Positions 55,971-64,000 of a stretch of DNA of 64,000 nt are shown in pieces. Source of the stretch: a virus (taxonomy: Duplodnaviria > Caudoviricetes); IMG/VR virus record IMGVR_UViG_3300037067_009128, positions 1-64,000 of that record. One strand, 5' to 3'. A model generated the notes under the pieces. That model saw nothing but the letters and a program-made list of their open reading frames with translations, ran no database searches and was not told the DNA's origin. The translations under genes were made by a program, and so were the position numbers. The number at the start of each line of letters is the position of its first letter. Positions within the stretch are counted from its first letter, which is position 1.

Positions 55971-56879
55971 TTATAAAATTGTTTGAAGTTTACTGGGAAT
56001 CATTGTAGATTTTAATGAGTGCAATGATGATATAAATCCGTCATTTCTTAAACTATCTATTAAATCTTTACTATTAATAGCTTTAATTTCATATTCAAAA
56101 AGTTTATTATTAAGTAAATACAAATTAGGTTTTGGTAGAATTAATTCATCGTCTTCAATAGATTTAATTCTATTATCATGATTTTTTAAATCAATCAGTC
56201 TTATATTTCTTTTAACATTTTCAATTTCAGTAGGATACATTGATTCTAATGTTTTTAATGGTTCAATTTCACCATTGATGAATCTACATGTTTTAACTTC
56301 ACCAAATCCTTTTATTCCTTTAATATTATCTGATGTGTCACCTAATATAGATAAGTACAAAATAAACTGTTCTTTTGAAACTCCATATTTAGTTTTAATC
56401 ATATCTTCATCATACTTAATTAAACCATCTTTTGGATGGGGTCTTAAAACTTTTATATTATTTTCATCAGAAATTAGTTGTAATAGATCTTTATCATTTG
56501 ATATAATTGTAATATCTTTTTGAAATCGTCTTACAAGATACTCAATACAATCATCAGCTTCATATTCATCCTTTCTTATTTGAGGTATTCCAATTAAAGT
56601 ACATAAATCTTTTACATTATGAAAACACTCAATCATTTCTTCATTAATTTCTTTTCGCTTTTCTTTGTATTGGGGGTATTCTTTTCTTCTCCAATTTTTA
56701 TCTTTACTACCTTCCCAAGCAATTATGAATTTATCTGTAACTCTTGCATAAGAAATTAACATATTAAAAAATCCATAAATACCACCTGTGTGTATTCCTT
56801 TTGAAGATTTGAATTTTGAGAATACGTGATACGCTCTATATGCTAAATTAGCACCATCTATAAGACAAATATTAGACAT
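55971..56879 (-). CDS. 5'-3' exonuclease / flap endonuclease
   Basis: LIDGANLAYR, YK..R, EADD, SNDKDLLQL, GDTSDNIKGIKGFGEVK. Confidence 0.92.
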   Translation of the reverse strand: MSNICLIDGANLAYRAYHVFSKFKSSKGIHTGGIYGFFNMLISYARVTDKFIIAWEGSKDKNWRRKEYPQYKEKRKEINEEMIECFHNVKDLCTLIGIPQIRKDEYEADDCIEYLVRRFQKDITIISNDKDLLQLISDENNIKVLRPHPKDGLIKYDEDMIKTKYGVSKEQFILYLSILGDTSDNIKGIKGFGEVKTCRFINGEIEPLKTLESMYPTEIENVKRNIRLIDLKNHDNRIKSIEDDELILPKPNLYLLNNKLFEYEIKAINSKDLIDSLRNDGFISSLHSLKSTMIPSKLQTIL

Positions 56880-57314
56880 TTATTTCCATATTATTGTGTT
56901 AGATTCATTAAGTATAACTTTATTATTTTGAACGAGTTCTTTAACAACATTTTTAACTCGTATTCGAGATGATTTTCCTACTTCAGAATAGCCAAATTCT
57001 TTATCTACAGCTTCTATAACAGTTTTTGTAGTTATTGGGGATTTTTGTTGAATATAATTTATTATCCAATCTTTTCTAGATTCTTTTGAAGTTTTCTTTT
57101 TATATTTTTTAATCTTATAATCTTCAGTTATTTTATATTCTTCCATTGTTTTCATGTACTGATCATATGTAATTTCTAGTAATTCTTCTCTAGATTCAAT
57201 ATCATTTGGAATTGTCATTCCAAATTCTTCTTTTACTAATTGTTTTACTTCTTCTAATGAAGCATCAGATTCTACTAAAACCTTTCTAAAACTCTCTTTT
57301 GGTATAATATTCAT
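56880..57314 (-). CDS. Putative winged-helix DNA-binding protein
   Basis: C-terminal IINYIQQKSPITTK..VKELVQNNKVI pattern. Confidence 0.45.
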   Translation of the reverse strand: MNIIPKESFRKVLVESDASLEEVKQLVKEEFGMTIPNDIESREELLEITYDQYMKTMEEYKITEDYKIKKYKKKTSKESRKDWIINYIQQKSPITTKTVIEAVDKEFGYSEVGKSSRIRVKNVVKELVQNNKVILNESNTIIWK

Positions 57315-57321
57315 ATTTAGT

Positions 57322-57360
57322 CAAAATTAGTGGGAAAAAATTTTATACAAAAATAAATCA
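57322..57360 (-). promoter_or_regulatory. Two TAnnTTTG elements in an intergenic gap
   Basis: TATTTTTG at 57348-57355 and TAATTTTG at 57322-57329 (minus strand). Confidence 0.45.
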
Positions 57361-57696
57361 TCATTGAATTAATTTCTCTTGTTCTCTTTGTTTCTCATAT
57401 TGTACTTCTTTTATATCTAAGTATACATCTTTAGCTAAATTCCAATTTGGATCATCAGATTCTTCAAGTCTTTCAACTTCTCTTTCTATTAAAGTCATTA
57501 ACCATTTAGTAAATGATTTAAAATTTATAAATTTAATATATATTGTAAAAGTTTGAAACATATCAATATGTTGATTTGATATGTATGCTTTAACTGAAGC
57601 ATTTCTTCCATGTTTATAAAAGATATTACTTCCAGGAATCCTAGTATCTTTTATACCATATCTTTTCATTACATCTTTATATTTATACTCTCTCAT
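57361..57696 (-). CDS. Hypothetical protein (possible ribbon-helix-helix)
   Basis: SVKAYIS..SFTKWLMTLIEREV; probable start 57696. Confidence 0.45.
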   Translation of the reverse strand: MREYKYKDVMKRYGIKDTRIPGSNIFYKHGRNASVKAYISNQHIDMFQTFTIYIKFINFKSFTKWLMTLIEREVERLEESDDPNWNLAKDVYLDIKEVQYEKQREQEKLIQ

Positions 57697-58018
57697 ATTT
57701 ATCCATTCTTTTAATACCATTACTATTAGGACTACCTTCATTAAAATTTATATAAAACCATCCAGTTTTTACTAATAATTTATGATACCATCTAATTATA
57801 TATCTTCCATCATATCTAGGACCTAAATGTATATAATTTTTATCAAGTTTCATAACATTGTAATTCGGATCTACATTTGTTAAAATTTTACATTGATTAG
57901 TAGATAAACGATTTAACTGTATTATTCTCAAACCTGGGAAATACTCTTCTTTCATACTTGAATCAAATAAGTATCCTGGATGGATCATATAAATCTTTTT
58001 ATGTTTCTTTTTAACCAT
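57683..58018 (-). CDS. Hypothetical protein
   Basis: GAGG RBS. Confidence 0.5.
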   Translation of the reverse strand: MVKKKHKKIYMIHPGYLFDSSMKEEYFPGLRIIQLNRLSTNQCKILTNVDPNYNVMKLDKNYIHLGPRYDGRYIIRWYHKLLVKTGWFYINFNEGSPNSNGIKRMDKYERV

Positions 58019-59531
58019 TTAAAACCTCTTCTAGTTTATTTTTTATTGATACTAAATTATTTACCATAAAGATTTCTGAATGTTTAACTGATTGATAAAT
58101 TTTTAACCTTTCTTTTGATTGTTTTCTAAAATATCCTACTTTTGTTTTCCATTGATCTGTGATATTATCTTTAAATTTATGTATACCGTCATCATCATAA
58201 AAATCAAATATAAAAAGTTTATTTTTTCCTGTGGAATAGTCTATTCTTTTTCCTCGTCCAGTCTCTTGTTTAATTCTACCTTCAGCTTTTATACCTCCAG
58301 CTCTTATAACACAATCAATATTAGGGATATCTACACCTTCTTTAGAAACTGTTGTAAGTAATACTTTAATCTTACCAGATTTTAAATCATTATAAATTTT
58401 TTCTCTTTGATTATCTGATTTAGTTCTTTTAGTATCACCTGTAATAAACTGATAACCAGAATTTGAAAATAGAGTCTTTAATTGAATTTGTTTACTATCC
58501 ATCATTACAAGTGTTGAAAGATTTAATTCTTCAAATATTTTAGCTACTTTAAGGATTATATCATTTCTTTCACAATTTTCTAATAATCCTTGAAATCCTT
58601 CATGATAATCAGAATTGTATTTGTGGTTTAATTGATATAAAAATATATAACTTTTACTTAATCTTCCTTTTGAAATTAAAGTATCTTCTTTAATTTCATC
58701 AATCATATTACCTGTTATAGCTCTTAAGATTAATTCATTATCACCTGGTGTAGCTGTAAATCCATATCTATAGTATGCATTACAATTCATAGCTACTTTA
58801 AAGTAACCATTTGGTGTGTATAGTTTAGAAGTTTTATCTTGTTTAATACCAGCATGATGTCCTTCATCTAAAAATAAATTATCAAATTGATTAAACCAGT
58901 AATTTTGTTTTAACCTATCAAAATTAGTATTCAAAGTACTAATACTTGCAACAAAAATAAAATGATCTTTATCAACATTAACAATACTTTGGTTTCCTAC
59001 AATTTCAATAACTTTTTGATTTGTAGCTTTTTGAATCTCTTTTGAAACTTGAGAAACTAAATCAATTGATGGTTCTATTATTAGAGATGATCCACCTAAT
59101 TCACCTAGTAAACTTATTAAAATAGCAGTTTTTCCAGCCCCAGTAGCAGCTTTGAAATATCCTCTTTCACATTCTAATCCTTTAAGAATCACTCTTACTT
59201 GGTCAGAATCTAAATCAAATGTAAATCCATAATCAATCCCTTCACTTTCTGGTTTTATTCTTTTGTCTTCAACTTCAATGTCATCTTCATTTATAAAATT
59301 AAGTTTGTCAAGTATATTCCAAAGTAAACCTGTTGGAAAATGATTTGAATTATACAATGCATATTCTTTATTAACAGCATGAGAAGCTCCTGCATATCTT
59401 TGAAATGTTAAGAACTTATGAAGACATTCATGGTTTATTACTTGAATTATCCTTGAGGCTTCTCCAACTCCACATTTATTTGAAAATTCAAAATTAGTAT
59501 AATAATTATATAAAACGAATTTGATTTTCAT
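58011..59531 (-). CDS. Superfamily 2 helicase (UvsW-like)
   Basis: ATGAGKT, DEGHH, GFTATP, EGVDIP, QETGRGKR. Confidence 0.88.
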   Translation of the reverse strand: MKIKFVLYNYYTNFEFSNKCGVGEASRIIQVINHECLHKFLTFQRYAGASHAVNKEYALYNSNHFPTGLLWNILDKLNFINEDDIEVEDKRIKPESEGIDYGFTFDLDSDQVRVILKGLECERGYFKAATGAGKTAILISLLGELGGSSLIIEPSIDLVSQVSKEIQKATNQKVIEIVGNQSIVNVDKDHFIFVASISTLNTNFDRLKQNYWFNQFDNLFLDEGHHAGIKQDKTSKLYTPNGYFKVAMNCNAYYRYGFTATPGDNELILRAITGNMIDEIKEDTLISKGRLSKSYIFLYQLNHKYNSDYHEGFQGLLENCERNDIILKVAKIFEELNLSTLVMMDSKQIQLKTLFSNSGYQFITGDTKRTKSDNQREKIYNDLKSGKIKVLLTTVSKEGVDIPNIDCVIRAGGIKAEGRIKQETGRGKRIDYSTGKNKLFIFDFYDDDGIHKFKDNITDQWKTKVGYFRKQSKERLKIYQSVKHSEIFMVNNLVSIKNKLEEVLNG

Positions 59532-59917
59532 TATGCTTTAATACAAAGTAATGGTAGTAATCCAGTTAATGACCACCAAGAACCACTGCTAATAAAAAAT
59601 ACACTTGTTAATAAAACTGCTCCTACAATTAAACAAATGTCAATAAGTTTATATAATTCTTCTTTACCAGAAATGTTGTGGTGATAAATATGAATCATTT
59701 CTTCATCATTTGTTTCATTAAGATTACTATCAATCAACTTACCTGTATTATTGACAGGTTCTCCTCCTAAAAATTCTTCCATAGAATCTGCAAAAGTTTT
59801 TTCTCTTTGTTGATTTTTATCCATTATACCTCCTTGGATTTTAGCATTTCTAATTATAACACCGTCTTCAGATGGCTTTTTAAAAAATGTATCATCAACT
59901 TCAATATCTTTTTCCAT
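59531..59917 (-). CDS. Hypothetical protein with C-terminal membrane hairpin
   Basis: ICLIVGAVLLTSVFFISSGSWWSLTGLLPLL. Confidence 0.55.
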   Translation of the reverse strand: MEKDIEVDDTFFKKPSEDGVIIRNAKIQGGIMDKNQQREKTFADSMEEFLGGEPVNNTGKLIDSNLNETNDEEMIHIYHHNISGKEELYKLIDICLIVGAVLLTSVFFISSGSWWSLTGLLPLLCIKA

Positions 59918-59950
59918 TTTATACCTTTATTTAATGTTTAAAAATTATTA

Positions 59951-59966
59951 CAAAATTAATACTTCT
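59951..59966 (-). promoter_or_regulatory. Putative promoter -7 element TAnnTTTG
   Basis: Minus strand agaagtatTAATTTTGtaa. Confidence 0.5.
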
Positions 59967-60590
59967 TTAATCCTTAAATAAGGCATCTAGGATTTCTTTA
60001 TCAAGTTTATTATTTGACACTGTTTTGATTATTTTAACTAATTTTGCAATACCATTTCTACGTTTAGCTCCTAATATTTTAGCAATAGTTGTTCTTGAAG
60101 CATCGGGGAATGCTAATCTAAGTTGAAAAGTTTTTCCAGCTCTTTTACTTACACTAAAAATTATATCATGTAATCTGTGTATATCTTCTATAAATCTTTC
60201 ATCAATTTTAATTTCACCACTGTCGAAAACATATTCTTCAAGATTCTCAATTTCTAAATTAGGATCCATTCTTGAATTACAAGTATTTTTTCCTTCTTTA
60301 TCTGTTTTATTTATCTCTCTTATTACTCCTTGTTTAACTATGTGGTATACCCAACCTAAAGCATTGTCCCATCTATTCTGGTCGAATTTGAGTATAGCTT
60401 TCCAGAATGATTCAAATGCTATAATTTCAATATCACTTTCTTCAAATACTCCATGTTTATCATGAAAGTTTTTCAATCCAAAATATTTTTTTATCTTTTT
60501 AAAATAAAACTGTAATTCACAATCACTTGGGGATTTTTTATAATTCTCAATAAAAAGTAATAAATCTTCATTAGTTATTAGGTTTTTCAT
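59967..60590 (-). CDS. Phage sigma70-family factor
   Basis: SDIEIIAFESFWKAILKFD (region 2); SRTTIAKILG (region 4 HTH). Confidence 0.65.
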   Translation of the reverse strand: MKNLITNEDLLLFIENYKKSPSDCELQFYFKKIKKYFGLKNFHDKHGVFEESDIEIIAFESFWKAILKFDQNRWDNALGWVYHIVKQGVIREINKTDKEGKNTCNSRMDPNLEIENLEEYVFDSGEIKIDERFIEDIHRLHDIIFSVSKRAGKTFQLRLAFPDASRTTIAKILGAKRRNGIAKLVKIIKTVSNNKLDKEILDALFKD

Positions 60591-62301
60591 CTTTCTTTAC
60601 CTTTTTAAACTCAACTTGTCTCATTTGAGTATTGATAATTTTTAAACATTGTGGATTGATATTTAATGCAACGTTTACTTGAGGCCCGTTACTTTGCTTT
60701 GCTATGTTAACTTCTATTGCATAATTTAATAATGTAGTATCATAAAAATTTGGATAATGTAATAACATTACTATTCTAGCAAATTCTTCATAAGCTCCAG
60801 AATCTTTTAATTCCCATAATGATGGACGAGGATCTTTTTTCTTTTCACTATTTCTGTTAATTTGTACTAATAAACAATAATGTTGTTTAAACTCTTTTGC
60901 CATTGTTAAATACCTAACAAGAGTTGCACTTACTTTTTGTGCTTTAAATTCTGGAGAATCACCTACTCCTTTTAATCTATCAAATAAATCAAAGAATACA
61001 ACTTTTACTCCCTTTTTAGCTAACATCCTCAATTCGTTTCTCATTTGATTTTCAGATTTATTTGTACCTTCAAGTAAATGGTAATTCCATTTAGATTGAA
61101 TCTCCCAAGCATTTTTTAACTTTTCTAAACGGTTATCAGATTTTAACCAAGAATGACTACCAACAATTTCTTTTATAGGAATACCAGAAATGATTGAATC
61201 AATACGGTCCGATTCTACTTCCATAGTTTGTTCAAGAGCATAACTTGCAACACCAGTTCCGAGGTTACACATATTAGTAATTAGATTCCCTTTAACAAGT
61301 GAATTATGAACTAATATATTATTAGCAATGAAATTTGAATTTTTTAATAATGTTAAATCATATGTATCATCAATATCAGTTAAATCTATAGATTTAATAG
61401 GTAAAAATATAAAATCAGATTCTATTAATGCTATTAAATCTTCATTAATACTTAAATCTTTTAAAGATTTCCAACCTGTTTTAGTTAAAAATAAATGATT
61501 ATTAGATGCTTCTATTTGATATCCTATCTTAGATAAAACTATTTTATACAATTGTTTTTTTCCAGAATCAATCTTATCAATTACTCTATCTAATTCAAGT
61601 TTATCATCATTGTTTTTAGTCCAAATTAAATCTCCTACTTTAATATTTCTCAATTCAATTAATCCATGATTTGTATTGATTAATGAATTCCCTTTTAAAC
61701 ATTTCCCGTTACTTGGACGGCCAGCAACAATTGATATTTCACCTTCTTCAAATTTATAAGTAAGATTATCATCAATCTCTTTAATTCCACAATAAATTGA
61801 AGTTTTTGATTTCCTATCTTCTAAAGTCTTTATCCTGAAATCAGTATAAGTATCACCCGTAATATATTTTTCATCTAAAATTGATGATGAATTCTCTAAT
61901 TTGAAATCTTTTATTAATTGTTGGTAAGGATCTGGGTCATTTTTTAATTTTTTGATAAGAGATTGGCATTCATCTATTGTTTTTCTTCTATCATGCCTAT
62001 CAATAAGAAGTTCAATAAGACTGTCAAGTTTTTCTGGTATGAAATATTTATCTTCAATTGATATAATCTCATCTAAAGATAATACATCCCCTATTAGTGA
62101 TAATTCACTTTTAACAGTATAAGCATTAACATCTAAATTCTTTTCAACTAAATTAGAAATTGCAATAAAACAAGTTCTAAAATCAGGTTGACTAAAATGA
62201 TCATCTGTTAATTGAGAGAGTATTTTTTGTCTAGCTTCATCAAAAGATATACTTAAACCTATAACTAATTGCTCATTTATTCTATCATTACTTATATTCA
62301 A
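60571..62301 (-). CDS. dnaB: Replicative DnaB-like helicase containing a mini-intein
   Basis: DnaB N-domain; AGRPSNGK|S; ALEQ; QINR..RPSLWELKDSGAYEE; IAKQSNGP. Confidence 0.9.
   Translation of the reverse strand: MNISNDRINEQLVIGLSISFDEARQKILSQLTDDHFSQPDFRTCFIAISNLVEKNLDVNAYTVKSELSLIGDVLSLDEIISIEDKYFIPEKLDSLIELLIDRHDRRKTIDECQSLIKKLKNDPDPYQQLIKDFKLENSSSILDEKYITGDTYTDFRIKTLEDRKSKTSIYCGIKEIDDNLTYKFEEGEISIVAGRPSNGKCLKGNSLINTNHGLIELRNIKVGDLIWTKNNDDKLELDRVIDKIDSGKKQLYKIVLSKIGYQIEASNNHLFLTKTGWKSLKDLSINEDLIALIESDFIFLPIKSIDLTDIDDTYDLTLLKNSNFIANNILVHNSLVKGNLITNMCNLGTGVASYALEQTMEVESDRIDSIISGIPIKEIVGSHSWLKSDNRLEKLKNAWEIQSKWNYHLLEGTNKSENQMRNELRMLAKKGVKVVFFDLFDRLKGVGDSPEFKAQKVSATLVRYLTMAKEFKQHYCLLVQINRNSEKKKDPRPSLWELKDSGAYEEFARIVMLLHYPNFYDTTLLNYAIEVNIAKQSNGPQVNVALNINPQCLKIINTQMRQVEFKKVKKDEKPNN
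61303..61701 (-). mobile_element. 133-aa mini-intein in DnaB Walker A (no homing endonuclease)
   Basis: Starts CLKGNSLI, block B ASNNHLF, ends YDL..NFIANNILVHN followed by Ser. Confidence 0.92.
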
Positions 62302-62305
62302 ACGT

Positions 62306-62803
62306 TTATTTCCTCAAACTTATCATTAATGTATTATATTCTAAGAAGTTTTTTATAATAACTGGGGCTAATTTGATTGATTCTTTATAAGATATATTAA
62401 TAATAATGAGTTTAGTTCTCATTGATAACGTATCTAATAAATAAATAAACTCTCTCTTCTGATCATCTGTAAATAAACCAAAATCAACATAATCTAATAA
62501 AACAATATCTATATCAGTAAATGATTTTAGTAAATTAAAATCTTTAATACAAGAAATTCTTAATGCTCTTGTATTAATTTTATTATTCTCTATTAATTCA
62601 GAAACTAAAATGTTAAACAAACAATTACCTTGAACTATATTACCTTCAATTCCTATTACTTTATAGTTTTGATTAGGAAATTCATCCACAACTATACTGA
62701 GTTTATCTATTGCTTGTTGTGATATTAAATCTGGATTAAATTCTATATCGCAATATTTCATTCCCCATTGATTAAACCTAAATGTTAATTCTTCTTTTGT
62801 CAT
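62306..62803 (-). CDS. Degenerate DnaC-like helicase loader
   Basis: Between initiator and DnaB; IGIEG..QGNCL (eroded Walker A), DIVLLDYV, LLDT..RTKLIIIN. Confidence 0.45.
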   Translation of the reverse strand: MTKEELTFRFNQWGMKYCDIEFNPDLISQQAIDKLSIVVDEFPNQNYKVIGIEGNIVQGNCLFNILVSELIENNKINTRALRISCIKDFNLLKSFTDIDIVLLDYVDFGLFTDDQKREFIYLLDTLSMRTKLIIINISYKESIKLAPVIIKNFLEYNTLMISLRK

Positions 62804-63564
62804 ATAAATTTGATACCTTGTTCTTCTTTTGATTCAAGTGTTATATTATTATTTGTAAGGTATTTAATAAAATGTCTATTTAAAGCACCTATATTAGTTA
62901 CATACTTTTTCCAATATCCGTCATTAAGTAACCAATCAATTCCTGACTTTATTACTTCCATATTATAATCACCGTATGATTTAACAAAACTTAAAGCATT
63001 ATTATCTTCATATTTACGTTGTCTAGAGTTTAATACAGTACCGTATAAACTATTCATAACAGAATAGAAATATTCTAATACAGATTGTGCTTTTCTCCTA
63101 TCTTTCTGTCTTTGTAATTTTTTGTTGATTTGTTCTTCGGATAAAACCTGTTTTGGCGGGATTAATATTTGTTTGTTAATGTTTGTATTATAATTCATAC
63201 AATCTCCATCATATAAACCTAACGGAGTATACAATTCAACTATTAATATATCTATAATTTCTTGGTCACAAATAAGATGTGAATTAAGTAGTCTTATTGA
63301 AGTTTTTGATAAATCTGTAATGTTCATATTAAAAGATTTACTATTGAAACTTATAAATATATCTGATTCTTTTAAATAAGATACATCTATAATTTCTAAA
63401 TCCCATAAGATCTTAAGTGATGTATATATTTCTTGATCAGAAATTGATAACAAAGATTTCATTTTATCAAAACTAAACTTAAGATTCTTAAGAGATAAAA
63501 CAAATAAATAATTTAGGATTTTGTGGTCATTTGTTGATAACTTTGACAATAAAGATACATTCAT
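62800..63564 (-). CDS. Putative replication initiator (wHTH plus DnaD-like C-terminus)
   Basis: LSTNDHKILNYL..LLSISDQEIYTSLKIL..IID; IDWLLNDGYWKK..LNRHF; probable start ATG 63564. Confidence 0.55.
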   Translation of the reverse strand: MNVSLLSKLSTNDHKILNYLFVLSLKNLKFSFDKMKSLLSISDQEIYTSLKILWDLEIIDVSYLKESDIFISFNSKSFNMNITDLSKTSIRLLNSHLICDQEIIDILIVELYTPLGLYDGDCMNYNTNINKQILIPPKQVLSEEQINKKLQRQKDRRKAQSVLEYFYSVMNSLYGTVLNSRQRKYEDNNALSFVKSYGDYNMEVIKSGIDWLLNDGYWKKYVTNIGALNRHFIKYLTNNNITLESKEEQGIKFI

Positions 63565-63599
63565 TTTTATTTTTTTGTTAAATGGATAAAATTGATTTG

Positions 63600-63615
63600 C
63601 AAAATTAAACAATCA
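63600..63615 (-). promoter_or_regulatory. Putative promoter -7 element at the head of the replication arm
   Basis: Minus strand tgattgttTAATTTTGcaaatcaa; same downstream context as the polA element. Confidence 0.5.
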
Positions 63616-63630
63616 GTATACCATCAAACT

Positions 63631-63792
63631 ATGAATGAAGAAGAAGTTAAAAAGATCTTAGAAGAATTAAATTTTGAATTAAATACCCCAAAATTCTTAA
63701 ATTGGCTTTATGAGACAGGTAATATAAAAGTCTTGAAAGATTCAGTAGAAAATTTATTGTATTTATTAATTAGTTATAAGGAAAACAAATAA
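63631..63792 (+). CDS. Hypothetical protein
   Basis: MNEEEVKKILEE...; divergent from the replication arm. Confidence 0.5.
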   Translation: MNEEEVKKILEELNFELNTPKFLNWLYETGNIKVLKDSVENLLYLLISYKENK

Positions 63793-64000
63793 GTGGAAAA
63801 AGAAATAAAGATCAGTTCTAATGGTGGAAAAACTCCAGAAGATTTGCTTAAAGAATGGTCTGCTAACCAAACAGAATTAGTAGTAAATACTTTTGTGAAT
63901 AATACCAATGGTTTATGTGGATTATTCATAAGCAAAAAAGGTGATATGAATCAGATCATCGATATTTATATTAAGAACGATCCTCCACAACTGCCATCAC
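63793..64000 (+). CDS. Hypothetical protein, truncated by window end
   Basis: GTG start after AAGGA; frame open to the end. Confidence 0.45.
   Translation, partial: MEKEIKISSNGGKTPEDLLKEWSANQTELVVNTFVNNTNGLCGLFISKKGDMNQIIDIYIKNDPPQLPS

Noticed and set aside
1204-58361. Short ORFs antisense to or nested in long genes (e.g. 1295-1618, 3605-3841, 22888-23229, 37715-37966, 56275-56523)
   Set aside because: No RBS or motifs; composition typical of shadow frames of AT-rich genes
1-64000. Stop-codon reassignment, tRNAs, integrase/prophage boundaries
   Set aside because: Genes tile densely under the standard code; intergenic gaps are short and show no tRNA signature; no integrase, repressor or host genes seen
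1-64000. Apparent scarcity of CpG
   Set aside because: Impression only; needs observed/expected k-mer counts corrected for codon usage before linking it to an MTase target

Overview
About 64 kb of an AT-rich, tailed, apparently lytic dsDNA phage genome, siphovirus-like (tail tube and long tape measure, no sheath gene seen). The + strand arm (about 1-24.4 kb) carries lysis, head and tail genes, including a -1 frameshifted tail chaperone. The - strand arm (about 24.3-63.6 kb) carries recombination and replication genes (Mre11/Rad50, RuvC, RecA, SSB, UDG-PolA, DnaG, intein-containing DnaB, SF2 helicase, sigma-like factor), a 7 kb glycan-modification island and a nucleotide/DNA-modification cluster. 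The most notable feature is that cluster. Two paralogous C5-cytosine methyltransferase-fold genes both naturally carry motif X GKS instead of GNS, the substitution known to convert M.MpeI (N374K) and Dcm (N436K) into carboxy-SAM-dependent DNA carboxymethyltransferases. They sit beside a divergent dCMP-type thymidylate synthase homologue, a dNMP kinase, two dNTP pyrophosphohydrolases and a separate ThyX. TAnnTTTG promoter motifs and signal peptides followed by Gln point to an FCB-group host (Bacteroidota/Ignavibacteriota-like). No terminase, portal, integrase, tRNA or CRISPR array was recognised in the window. All calls come from reading motifs by eye; no database searches were run.
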